Shown: one piece after another, positions 52,292 through 60,090 of the stretch | Position numbering within the stretch: position 1 is the stretch's first letter | Layout of the letters: each line of letters begins with the position of its first letter | From: Woeseiaceae bacterium | GTDB lineage: Bacteria > Pseudomonadota > Gammaproteobacteria > Steroidobacterales > Woeseiaceae | Direction of reading: 5' to 3' | NCBI GenBank assembly: GCA_041746375.1 | Contig: JBGTHC010000045.1 | Location: forward strand, 13,204-77,203 | DNA length: 64,000 nt | Notes under the pieces: model-generated | The model's input: the letters and a program-made list of their open reading frames with translations, nothing else | What the model was told of the DNA's origin: nothing | The model's database searches: none | Translations under genes and position numbers: made by a program

Positions 52292-53461
52292 TCAATACCA
52301 GATAGAGAAAAACAGTTGCACGACATCGGCTTCCAGCGCGTAAAGTGGCTCCTCGCCGATCACCGCGTCAGTCCTCAGGTCGCGAAAGTCGTGATAATCC
52401 AGATTCAGGATGTCAATTGAAAATGTCACGGAAGCACGGTCAATGAAACGCCAGCCATTGTTCAGCAACTTGTAGCTTGCCGCCAGTTTCAGTGTCTGGC
52501 TGGTCAGCGGGCTCAATTCCTTGTCCCGGCCACGAAAATTGGTGGCTTCCGTGCGTGAAAAGAGATCCTGGTAGAAATGCGCCCCGGTCTGGTCGTGCCA
52601 GCGGTATTTGACGGTGAACGTCCAGTCATCCATCGGGTGGATATAGGAGATCGACGCCGTGTGCGATTCGATGTCCCAGGTATCCGTAAAATACCGGTAT
52701 TCGGTTTGTACGGCGGCCCGGTATGGCAGGTAATACCTGGCAAGCAGGCCTACCGCGTTACTTGTCCGCGTGTTCGGATAAAGCTCCGGCTCAAAACTGT
52801 AGCCGACCGGACTATCCGGATCTGCATAACGGACTGAGCGATAAGGATTGTTGAGGAAACCTTCGTCAGTGATGGTTTCGATATTCAGAGTCGTGATCAG
52901 ATTGCGTGTCAGAATCTGCGTCAGGCCAATGCCATAGTGCTGCCGGGAATTATCGCGAGCAAACGTTTCATCGTCCGACCGTCGGACTACGTCGTCACCT
53001 AGCCCATAACTCAGCGTCAAGGTTGTAAGGTCACCGAACATGTCCTGGCTGACCGAGAAGTTGTACGTAGTAGCGTCGAAATCGCTCTCAACACTGCTGG
53101 TATAACCTGCGCTCAAGGTGGTATTGCGATGCAGGTAGTCCATTCCCAAAGACCATTGCTTGCGTTCTTCGGTGTAGGGACTGGCGGTTGTAACTACATC
53201 GATTGATGCAGAGGTGACCATATCTACGTAGTAGTTGCCGACGAGCGAGATGTTCCGGGCAACCTGTTTTCTCACCAGGACGGACGGGCCATCGATGGTT
53301 ACGCCGCCACCGTCGTAAAGATGATAGAGAACATCGCTGCGATCGTCCGGAAGCACGCCCGCAACACTGGCGCGCGTCAATGCCAGCAGAATGATGCTCG
53401 CAAAAGCATTACGTATCGATACGGAATTCAAGTACAAGGTCTGCGACAAAGTCTGCTCCAC
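52292..53461 (-). CDS. large outer-membrane beta-barrel protein, DUF3570-like
   Basis: 389 aa. Signal peptide, alternating beta-strand pattern throughout and a C-terminal aromatic beta-signal (LFFSIWY). Size and position 9 nt after a DUF4266 gene fit the usual DUF4266/DUF3570 pairing. Confidence 0.65.
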   Translation of the reverse strand: MEQTLSQTLYLNSVSIRNAFASIILLALTRASVAGVLPDDRSDVLYHLYDGGGVTIDGPSVLVRKQVARNISLVGNYYVDMVTSASIDVVTTASPYTEERKQWSLGMDYLHRNTTLSAGYTSSVESDFDATTYNFSVSQDMFGDLTTLTLSYGLGDDVVRRSDDETFARDNSRQHYGIGLTQILTRNLITTLNIETITDEGFLNNPYRSVRYADPDSPVGYSFEPELYPNTRTSNAVGLLARYYLPYRAAVQTEYRYFTDTWDIESHTASISYIHPMDDWTFTVKYRWHDQTGAHFYQDLFSRTEATNFRGRDKELSPLTSQTLKLAASYKLLNNGWRFIDRASVTFSIDILNLDYHDFRDLRTDAVIGEEPLYALEADVVQLFFSIWY

Positions 53462-53470
53462 GCCTGCAAC

Positions 53471-53707
53471 TCAGTTGCAGCCGCAGCCTCCGCCACCGCT
53501 GCCTTCTCCGCCTCTGGCCCCCTCACGGGCCTCATACACGTGGTACAGATAGGCGCTCGACACCGGGTCACCGTCAAGGAACATAATGGGATCAGCAAGG
53601 CGATCGCGCTCATAGGGCTTCACCCACGGTTCAACACTTCCGCAAGCCGACAACAAACCCAGCATTGCCAGTGAAGCCAGCACTCGTAATAATGATCGTC
53701 CTTTCAT
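53471..53707 (-). CDS. DUF4266 mini-lipoprotein with C-terminal GGGGCGCN
   Basis: 78 aa. Lipobox LLSAC, then PWVKPYERDRLADPIMFLDGDP...YLYHVYEAREGARGGEGSGGGGCGCN. The Gly-rich ...GCGCN terminus is the hallmark of DUF4266 as I recall it. Confidence 0.8.
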   Translation of the reverse strand: MKGRSLLRVLASLAMLGLLSACGSVEPWVKPYERDRLADPIMFLDGDPVSSAYLYHVYEAREGARGGEGSGGGGCGCN

Positions 53708-53766
53708 CGCAACTCTCCTCGCTGGAATTTTGCGCGATTTCCAGCGCAGGAACCGTGACCCCTGCC

Positions 53767-54456
53767 TCAGAAAAACACTGTCAGGCCGAGAACGCCTTCG
53801 AGGTTGTGCACAGTCTTTTCCTCACCGAGCAGATCCGTGTCGAACAGATGATCGCGAACGTCGAGATGCAGAGCGATGGAGTCTGTGAGTAGGAAGCGCA
53901 ATCCGGCACCAAAGTTAACTGTGAAACGGTCGTCGCCAGCGAACGTCGTCGACCCCAACCCGCCTGTTATATAGAGGCTGGTGTTGTAGGCCCGTCCCTC
54001 ACCGATGAATACTTCGCCGGGGAGCAGGTTGTAACCGAGATTCAGGTTGTAATAAGTAAATTGCCGGTCGTCGTCCGAAAGAATTGGCGCCCCACCGCTC
54101 AGTTCCTCAAAGCTTGTCAGGCCGGCTTCGGACTGTCCGATTGTGCCTTCGACAAAGAGCCCTTCAGTAATGTGATACGCAAGGCGCGCGCCGTAGACAA
54201 CATCCGAGCCGAAGTCTTCAATGCTGAGAATGCCGGCGAAGGCACCGATCTCGAAGTTCTCCGTATCAATTTTTGGTTCACGAACCTCACGCCGCTCGAC
54301 TTGTGGATCAATGACCTGCTCGGGTGCAGGCGCCTCGGCGGGGGCCGGAGTCGCTTCATCATCACCCATTCCGAAAAGGTTCTTTGTCGCCGCACAGCCC
54401 GTCAGGCACAACGCAACCGGCAGTACTAGAAAAAGAACGCGAAACCGACTTTCCAT
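53767..54456 (-). CDS. outer-membrane beta-barrel lipoprotein
   Basis: 229 aa. Lipobox LTGC, a Pro/Ala-rich linker, then amphipathic beta strands ending LGLTVFF (C-terminal Phe beta-signal). Overlaps the upstream gene by 31 nt. Confidence 0.7.
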   Translation of the reverse strand: MESRFRVLFLVLPVALCLTGCAATKNLFGMGDDEATPAPAEAPAPEQVIDPQVERREVREPKIDTENFEIGAFAGILSIEDFGSDVVYGARLAYHITEGLFVEGTIGQSEAGLTSFEELSGGAPILSDDDRQFTYYNLNLGYNLLPGEVFIGEGRAYNTSLYITGGLGSTTFAGDDRFTVNFGAGLRFLLTDSIALHLDVRDHLFDTDLLGEEKTVHNLEGVLGLTVFF

Positions 54457-55229
54457 TCTTCTACTTCCTCGTTGTCATCACGACTCGTAAACACTACGTA
54501 GCTTTTGTACTCTGCTCTCAGGATAAAGCGCCGAGTCGCGTATATGCGTAGACCTGCACCAACATGGCCAACCTGGTCGGTTCGATCCTCGCCCTGCACT
54601 ATCGTCGATTTCGGTTTGGTGTGAATCACCCCTGAGCCCAGCGTGAAGAAAGGCGAAATGCGCCATTCGGGCCATGTTTCGTGGACGACGTTAACACTGC
54701 CCATCCAGCCGTTCGAAAAATTTCCCAGAATCTGTGAACCCCATGCCTCAAAAGAGATATTCGGGTTGAGCGAGTACCTGCCATACAGAGAAATGATATT
54801 GGCGCCGCCGAAGTCACCAGCCATTACACCCGCCTCCCAGCGCGATTCCAAAAGATCGTCATGGCCGGCGGCGGCGAACTCGACGTTGGCGCCATCGGGC
54901 TTCAGTGTAAGTTCCAGTTGTGCGCGGTCAACCCAGCCTTCGGCGCCCCCAGGGTCGCGAACGAGGAACCAGTCGGTGCGCTGCTTGATGATCTCCACGG
55001 TCTCACCGCGGTCCACCACATGAAATTTCGGATAGCCCCGGCCTGGACCCGTATGCATTTCCAGATAGGGGTCTGCGACCGCAACTGTGAGATATCGGTC
55101 CGCGGCCGTGGCATGTCCGACAGCGAGCATCTGGCTCAAAACAATGAGCGAGAGTGCCAGGGTTGCTGACAGAGATCCCCTAGTTGATCGGGACGTCGAA
55201 TGGATTGTTGTAATATTGTGCACCGACAT
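54426..55229 (-). CDS. SH3-domain plus outer-membrane beta-barrel protein
   Basis: 267 aa. Signal peptide, a bacterial SH3-like segment (LEMHTGPGRGYPKFHVVDRGETVEIIKQRTDWFLVRDPGGAEGWVDRAQL), then a beta-barrel ending KVGFAFFF. Overlaps the upstream gene by 50 nt. Confidence 0.7.
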   Translation of the reverse strand: MSVHNITTIHSTSRSTRGSLSATLALSLIVLSQMLAVGHATAADRYLTVAVADPYLEMHTGPGRGYPKFHVVDRGETVEIIKQRTDWFLVRDPGGAEGWVDRAQLELTLKPDGANVEFAAAGHDDLLESRWEAGVMAGDFGGANIISLYGRYSLNPNISFEAWGSQILGNFSNGWMGSVNVVHETWPEWRISPFFTLGSGVIHTKPKSTIVQGEDRTDQVGHVGAGLRIYATRRFILRAEYKSYVVFTSRDDNEEVEEWKVGFAFFF

Positions 55230-57861
55230 CCAGCCATTCGGCGATCAGGCGTTTTTCTGCAGGCGACAAATAGCCGTCATGGCTCTGGCCCGCATCGAAA
55301 CGATCAAAAAATCGACCGGACGCGATAGCGCCGGCGACACTCATTGAAGGGTTAACAGTAACGGTGGCAAAGATCGGATCTCCCGTATCCGGATCGGTGC
55401 CAACCTGCACCAGTACGTCCTGCAGCGCGCCCATGTTGAGTTCCTGTTCGTTATCCGGGAACAGCAGCTCACGATACGAATTGAAATGTTCCGCCTGGTC
55501 GGCCGATGGTCCGTCGGACAAATCCAGCTGTGACGCCGGTACTCGCACCTGCATCTGGTCGTCCACCGGGCTATGGCAGTTGACGCAGTCATTGGTAACA
55601 GGATTACCCATCCCGTCCAGCACCGGATTCATATCGTCGTCCAGCACGGGTCGTGAAGCCGACCATAATGGATGAATATGCGTCTCGTAATTGATGACGA
55701 TGCGGCAGGTTGAGGACCACTGTTGCATGCAATTGACGTTGGTCGGAGGCGCGGTGGTCAGTGCCGCGTAGGCGTAGGCAAAGCTCTCATCCCTTGGCCG
55801 ACCCGCAGCGACCTCATCGGTCCACACGTCCTCAAACACGATATCGACCGATGGATCGATTGATGCGCAGGTCGTATCGTCGCAACTGATGCGTGCGCGA
55901 ACTTCGGCCATCGTTTCACCTATCTCGCCGACAAACAGCGCCGGATCGGTATTCGGGAACTCAACGCCTGCCATTGCGGCACCCGCCCAGGCAGACTCGA
56001 ACGCGTCGCCACGGCCATGGGACAGACCGCTTTGGGCTTCGTGGCAGCCGTTGCACTGCAGCAGTTGGCCCGCCCGAACCTGTAACCAGTTCTGGTGTCG
56101 TTGCGTTATGCGGCGGCCATTGCTGTCTAGCACACTGACAGCCAGTGCCACATTGGCCGGCACCTTGACCATAACCGAACCGTCCGGTTCGATCGGCGCA
56201 TAACCGATGATCTCTTTCATGCCCTGCTGTGTGCTGCGACCGAAAGCGGTATTGTCCAGATCAACGATTTCTTCATCGGGAATCGACACTGCCTTGACAA
56301 TGCGCAAGAACCTGGCCGGCCTCTGATCCGCCGTGGTCTGCCCCGGATCGGCCAGCGCCTCGATATCGGCCACAGCCCCGCCGTCAAAATCGTAGACACT
56401 GCGGATATTGATCACACCTGCGCCTTCGGCAACAAGATTTGGGTCGGCGAGGAAATTATCAGCGCCATCCAGTATGACCGGAGGAATCGGCCTGGGGTCG
56501 GCAGAAACCACTTCCGTGAACATAAATCCTTCGACGGGCGGCACAACCGGCAGCTGGGTATCGTCTCGCGGGTCGTAAATCCAGATGCCATAAATCGGCG
56601 GCGATTCCTCAACCTGCGGATCGGCGAGTCGCTCGTCCGTGCACGGCACGTTAAGCGTGTCCTCGACGACACGACACTGGCTCCAGCTCACCAGCATCCT
56701 GCCGGTGCCATCCTGGATCGGGAACACGGAACGGTAACGCCCGCCACGAGACGGTACACCGGCTTCCGTGGAAACCTCGTTGACCGTGGCAGCTTCCTGT
56801 GCCGGCCCGGTCAGTCCGGCGTTGTCCTTGTTGGCTTGCACATTTTCCAGATATGCCGGTACATCGATGACAGTCAGGTCGCCGCCACCGTTCGTATCAG
56901 TATATGGCCGCGTTAGCGCCAGCACGCGTCCATCTTCGAGTTCGCGCGGCTGCAGGAACTGAATTGTCTCGCCATTCGTACCGGTGTCGTGGCTGTTCTG
57001 GCCATAAAGCAATTCAAGATTCGAACCGTCCGGGTTCATCCGATAGAGATTCACGGCATCGTTTACGCCCATGTGATCCCAGCGGCTAAATACGACTCTG
57101 CCGTCCGCCAGGACCGACGGATCGAAGTCGTGGCTTTGGTTATACGAGACCTGCTCGATGTTCGAGCCACCGGCATCCATGGCATGCAAGACGAAGGCCG
57201 GTTCATTCTGGTCCTCGTCCATAGCGGCGAACTGCGGCTTGCCTTCATCCAGCAGTATCGCGCTCGACCGCACCTGGCGCGTCGACGAAAAAATTATGCG
57301 GCCATCCGGCAGATAGTGAGGCGCAATATCGTGCCCGATTTCAGCGGTCAGGTTGGATGCAATGACGCGACGCAGTGTTTCTGATTCGAATTCGTATTCC
57401 CAGATGTTCCAGGTCGGCTGGTCTTCATCGTCAAGGTCCAGATTCTCGATTGCCGGGCCTCGCATGGCGAAAAGCAGTTTGCTGCCGTCAAATGCGATCT
57501 CGACATCTCTTACGTCACCAAGTCCGTTCGTAACGCTTTCAGTAATGTTGACGTCCAGTGCACTGGGGGACGCCCGGTCACGGAAAAACAGGTCTGCGCC
57601 GATATTGAATGTAATGAGCTCCCGCAGGTCGGTTTGCTCCGTCATGCCCAGGTCATCGACCGGCAAAGGCGCCCTGATGTAAGCGATCGGGAAATCAATG
57701 ACGACCGGGTCCGTATCCTGCCCTGTGCCGATGCTGACGCCATCACCGCTTCCACCGCAGCCGGCCAGCCCAAGCATAGCCGACAGCAATAGCGCGCCCT
57801 GCGCTACCGCGTTCCGTGTTTCAGCACCATTGCATTGCGACGCCGTGTTCATAAATGCCAC
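55180..57861 (-). CDS. lipoprotein with TolB-like beta-propeller, HzsA-like middle region and two c-type haem sites
   Basis: 893 aa; GTG 57861 or ATG 57852. Lipobox LAGC and repeated propeller blades (FDGSKLLFAMRG, LPDGRIIFSSTR, LADGRVVFSRWDH, NPDGSNLELLYG, LEDGRVLALTR). ...IEPDGSVMVKVPANVALAVSVLDSNGRRITQRHQNWLQVRAGQLLQCNGCHE is followed by a second CxxCH (CVNCH). Confidence 0.75.
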   Translation of the reverse strand: MAFMNTASQCNGAETRNAVAQGALLLSAMLGLAGCGGSGDGVSIGTGQDTDPVVIDFPIAYIRAPLPVDDLGMTEQTDLRELITFNIGADLFFRDRASPSALDVNITESVTNGLGDVRDVEIAFDGSKLLFAMRGPAIENLDLDDEDQPTWNIWEYEFESETLRRVIASNLTAEIGHDIAPHYLPDGRIIFSSTRQVRSSAILLDEGKPQFAAMDEDQNEPAFVLHAMDAGGSNIEQVSYNQSHDFDPSVLADGRVVFSRWDHMGVNDAVNLYRMNPDGSNLELLYGQNSHDTGTNGETIQFLQPRELEDGRVLALTRPYTDTNGGGDLTVIDVPAYLENVQANKDNAGLTGPAQEAATVNEVSTEAGVPSRGGRYRSVFPIQDGTGRMLVSWSQCRVVEDTLNVPCTDERLADPQVEESPPIYGIWIYDPRDDTQLPVVPPVEGFMFTEVVSADPRPIPPVILDGADNFLADPNLVAEGAGVINIRSVYDFDGGAVADIEALADPGQTTADQRPARFLRIVKAVSIPDEEIVDLDNTAFGRSTQQGMKEIIGYAPIEPDGSVMVKVPANVALAVSVLDSNGRRITQRHQNWLQVRAGQLLQCNGCHEAQSGLSHGRGDAFESAWAGAAMAGVEFPNTDPALFVGEIGETMAEVRARISCDDTTCASIDPSVDIVFEDVWTDEVAAGRPRDESFAYAYAALTTAPPTNVNCMQQWSSTCRIVINYETHIHPLWSASRPVLDDDMNPVLDGMGNPVTNDCVNCHSPVDDQMQVRVPASQLDLSDGPSADQAEHFNSYRELLFPDNEQELNMGALQDVLVQVGTDPDTGDPIFATVTVNPSMSVAGAIASGRFFDRFDAGQSHDGYLSPAEKRLIAEWLDVGAQYYNNPFDVPIN

Positions 57862-57897
57862 CTTCGATACCTGATGTAATGATTTGTGCGCGCGATT

Positions 57898-57915
57898 CGC
57901 ACGAACTTGCGTGCG
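57898..57915. promoter_or_regulatory. 18-bp palindrome at the 5' end of the minus-strand operon
   Basis: CGCACG-AACTTG-CGTGCG, perfect 6-bp arms. It lies 37 bp upstream of the GTG of the propeller-haem gene and at the predicted transcription start of the candidate sigma-54 promoter. Confidence 0.3.
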
Positions 57916-57922
57916 TAGCTCT

Positions 57923-57939
57923 ATGCAATATTCAGACCA
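57923..57939 (-). promoter_or_regulatory. candidate sigma-54 promoter for the minus-strand operon
   Basis: The minus strand reads TGGTCTGAATATTGCAT. The invariant GG and GC dinucleotides have the correct 12-nt register of TGGCACG-N4-TTGCW, but the -24 element is imperfect. Confidence 0.3.
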
Positions 57940-58255
57940 TTCCTATTTCGTCGGAAACGATCGAACGGAGCAAAGTAAAATCACCGTCAGGCGGACCGCC
58001 ATAGTGGACGCGAAGCACCCCCTGTACCGTTAACGCGATCACAAAGATCTGCGAGGGCCTCACGCCGGAATCTGTGTTCTGCCGCTGTTACGGTTACCTT
58101 AGCTTCCGATCCGCAATCAGCAAGTGCGCTCTGCGGCGCATTGCACGAACGATAAAGCGCGGACGTTGTATCCCGTTTCTCTGTTGCCGCAATCGCACCA
58201 TCACAGTAGCTGCCGCGGTTTCAATGTTGTTTTGCCGCGAATCCTTGTCGTGAAC

Positions 58256-58288
58256 GGACACTGTTGTCGGTGTGCGGCGACAGTCTCC
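58256..58288. promoter_or_regulatory. 33-bp imperfect palindrome, candidate enhancer-binding-protein site
   Basis: GGACACTGT-15 nt-ACAGTCTCC, 8 of 9 arm positions complementary. Its centre is about 180 bp upstream of the plus-strand -24 element, and an AT-rich stretch (about 58387..58425) lies between them. Confidence 0.3.
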
Positions 58289-58450
58289 GGGCGTTGTGAA
58301 TCAGCGGCTTAGACCAGCGTTTGACTTTGTCTTGTGCGGAACGAACGACAATGGCTTGACATATCGTTGCGCGCGCCGGGACGTCGATAATTTTTGTAAT
58401 CGCCTGTTTCCTAACATTTAAATAGCAGCAAGTTGGGCAACGCCGCACAT

Positions 58451-58466
58451 TGGCACAGGCCTTGCT
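58451..58466 (+). promoter_or_regulatory. sigma-54 (RpoN) promoter for the plus-strand haem/LamG/Tat operon
   Basis: TGGCACAGGCCTTGCT, that is TGGCAC-N5-TTGC, an essentially consensus -24/-12 element. The predicted start is near 58477. Confidence 0.6.
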
Positions 58467-58476
58467 ATGTATACCT

Positions 58477-58871
58477 CAGCTAGACAGTTACGGAGTAAGG
58501 CGCGAGTTCGAGAAAGTGTCGCTAAACAGGTGGAGTGTGAATGCATTCACGGCCTGATTACGACGATCAGGGCATAGTCTTTTCTGGAACGTCCGCCTGT
58601 TCGTTCGGCAATTTGTGCGTCGTTAAGACGCGGCAAACCTTAAGGACTTCTGAAAAGGGCAAGGCTTCCGTCAGCAGAACCGACGGTGGCCACGCAAAGC
58701 AACCGATCCGGAAAGTAGCCTTACCGCTACGTTCACGCGACAGCGGGGCCGCCAGGAGTACGTGAGTGACAGGGCTTCATCTCCCTGCTTCGCTCTTGGA
58801 AAAGCCGGAGTCCCTTACCTGTCAGCTGTAGTTCACGATGTTGAGTCGTACTGGTAACGAGCAGGGATGTT
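58477..58871 (+). other. long (about 395 nt) 5' leader with several hairpins; possible cis-regulatory RNA
   Basis: No convincing ORF. Contains the perfect palindrome GTGAATGCATTCAC (58537..58550) and hairpins CCTGAT/ATCAGG, GUAGC/GCUAC and CAGGG/CCCUG. Also carries the sequence islands GGCAAACC, ACGCAAAGC and CAGCGGGG. Confidence 0.35.
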
Positions 58872-60086
58872 ATGAAAGACAGGACGAGGAAAGGTAGTTT
58901 GGGTGCCGGTCATCGCACATTTGTTGCGGGGCTCACTCAATTGTTTGCTGTTGGCATTCTGTCTGCTGCGCTAGCACTGCCTGCAACCGCGGGCCCGAGA
59001 GAGCAGGCGAAGCGCATCCATGATCGACTTGCCGGCGTCCCGCCGTCAGCCTCGGTTCTTGACACTATGGAAGCGGAAGTCGATCCGTTCCGGGCAGGTA
59101 CCGCTCTGGATGCCGCCTTCACGGCGATGGAAAATCCCAATTTCTATAACGTAACCCTGAAGAATTTTGCCGCGCCATGGACCAACCGCGAGCGCAGTGT
59201 TTTCGTTCCGCTGAACGATTACATCGCAACGGTTGTCGGCATGATTCGTGACGACGTGCCGTTCAATACGCTGCTTTCTGCCGATCTCGTTTACGTCGGC
59301 AACGGCAGCCTCGGATTGCCGCCCTACTCCAGCAGCAACAACAATCACTACGCAGAGATGGAGCAACGCCAGATCGACATGATGAGCGAACTTTCGCCGA
59401 CGGCGCAGTCGGCGGTAAGCGGCCTGCCTTCAAATGCGACCGCAGGCGTGATGACCACCCGCGCGGCTGCCGAAGCGTTTTTTGTTGCCGGCACCAACCG
59501 CGCAATGTTTCGCTTCACGTTGCTGAACCACATGTGCAACGACCTGGAGCAGGTTCACGACGTCAATCTGCCGCCGGATCGCATTCGCCAGGATGTCGCC
59601 CGCAGCCCGGGTGGTGACAGTCGACTGTTCCTGAATAATTGCATCGGCTGCCACAACGGCATGGATCCGCTTGCGCAGGCCTTCGCCTACTACAATTTTA
59701 ACGTCGACACAGGCAGCATCGAGTACACACCGGGCCAGGTGCAACCCAAGTATTTCAATAACGAAGACAACTTTCCGTTCGGCTTTCGTACACCGGATGA
59801 CCGCTGGGACAACTACTGGCGCGCCGGGCAGAACCAGTTTCTTGGCTGGGATAACAGCCTGCCCGGCAGTGGCTCCGGCGCGAAATCACTTGGCGACGAA
59901 CTGGGCAACAGTGCCGCGTTCGCCAGCTGCCAGGTCCGCAAAGTTTTTCAAGCCGTTTGTCTGAGACCGCCGCAAGATGCCGCAGATCGGACCCAGGTAG
60001 ATCAGATGGTCATGTCCTTCACGTCCTCAGGCTATCTCATGAAGCAGGTCTTCGCTGAAACTGCCGTCTATTGCATGGGCGACTAG
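58872..60086 (+). CDS. exported monohaem c-type protein, PSCyt/PSD (DUF1588/DUF1585)-like
   Basis: 404 aa. Signal peptide (...ALALPATAGP) and a single CxxCH in NNCIGCHNGMDPLAQAFAYYNF. This resembles the C..CH..MDP.G junction of the planctomycete-type cytochrome/PSD families, recalled from memory. Confidence 0.6.
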   Translation: MKDRTRKGSLGAGHRTFVAGLTQLFAVGILSAALALPATAGPREQAKRIHDRLAGVPPSASVLDTMEAEVDPFRAGTALDAAFTAMENPNFYNVTLKNFAAPWTNRERSVFVPLNDYIATVVGMIRDDVPFNTLLSADLVYVGNGSLGLPPYSSSNNNHYAEMEQRQIDMMSELSPTAQSAVSGLPSNATAGVMTTRAAAEAFFVAGTNRAMFRFTLLNHMCNDLEQVHDVNLPPDRIRQDVARSPGGDSRLFLNNCIGCHNGMDPLAQAFAYYNFNVDTGSIEYTPGQVQPKYFNNEDNFPFGFRTPDDRWDNYWRAGQNQFLGWDNSLPGSGSGAKSLGDELGNSAAFASCQVRKVFQAVCLRPPQDAADRTQVDQMVMSFTSSGYLMKQVFAETAVYCMGD

Positions 60087-60090
60087 GAAG

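Noticed and set aside
58541-58765. 74-aa ORF with a GGAG Shine-Dalgarno sequence inside the sigma-54 leader. Also ORFs 58124..58312 and 58221..58448 in the same intergenic region.
   Set aside because: It is rich in codons that are rare for this genome (ATA, TTA, AGG, AGA, CTA, GTA). It is basic and low-complexity with no motif, and the region is more plausibly a structured leader. It remains a possible leader peptide, so it is worth checking with ribosome profiling.
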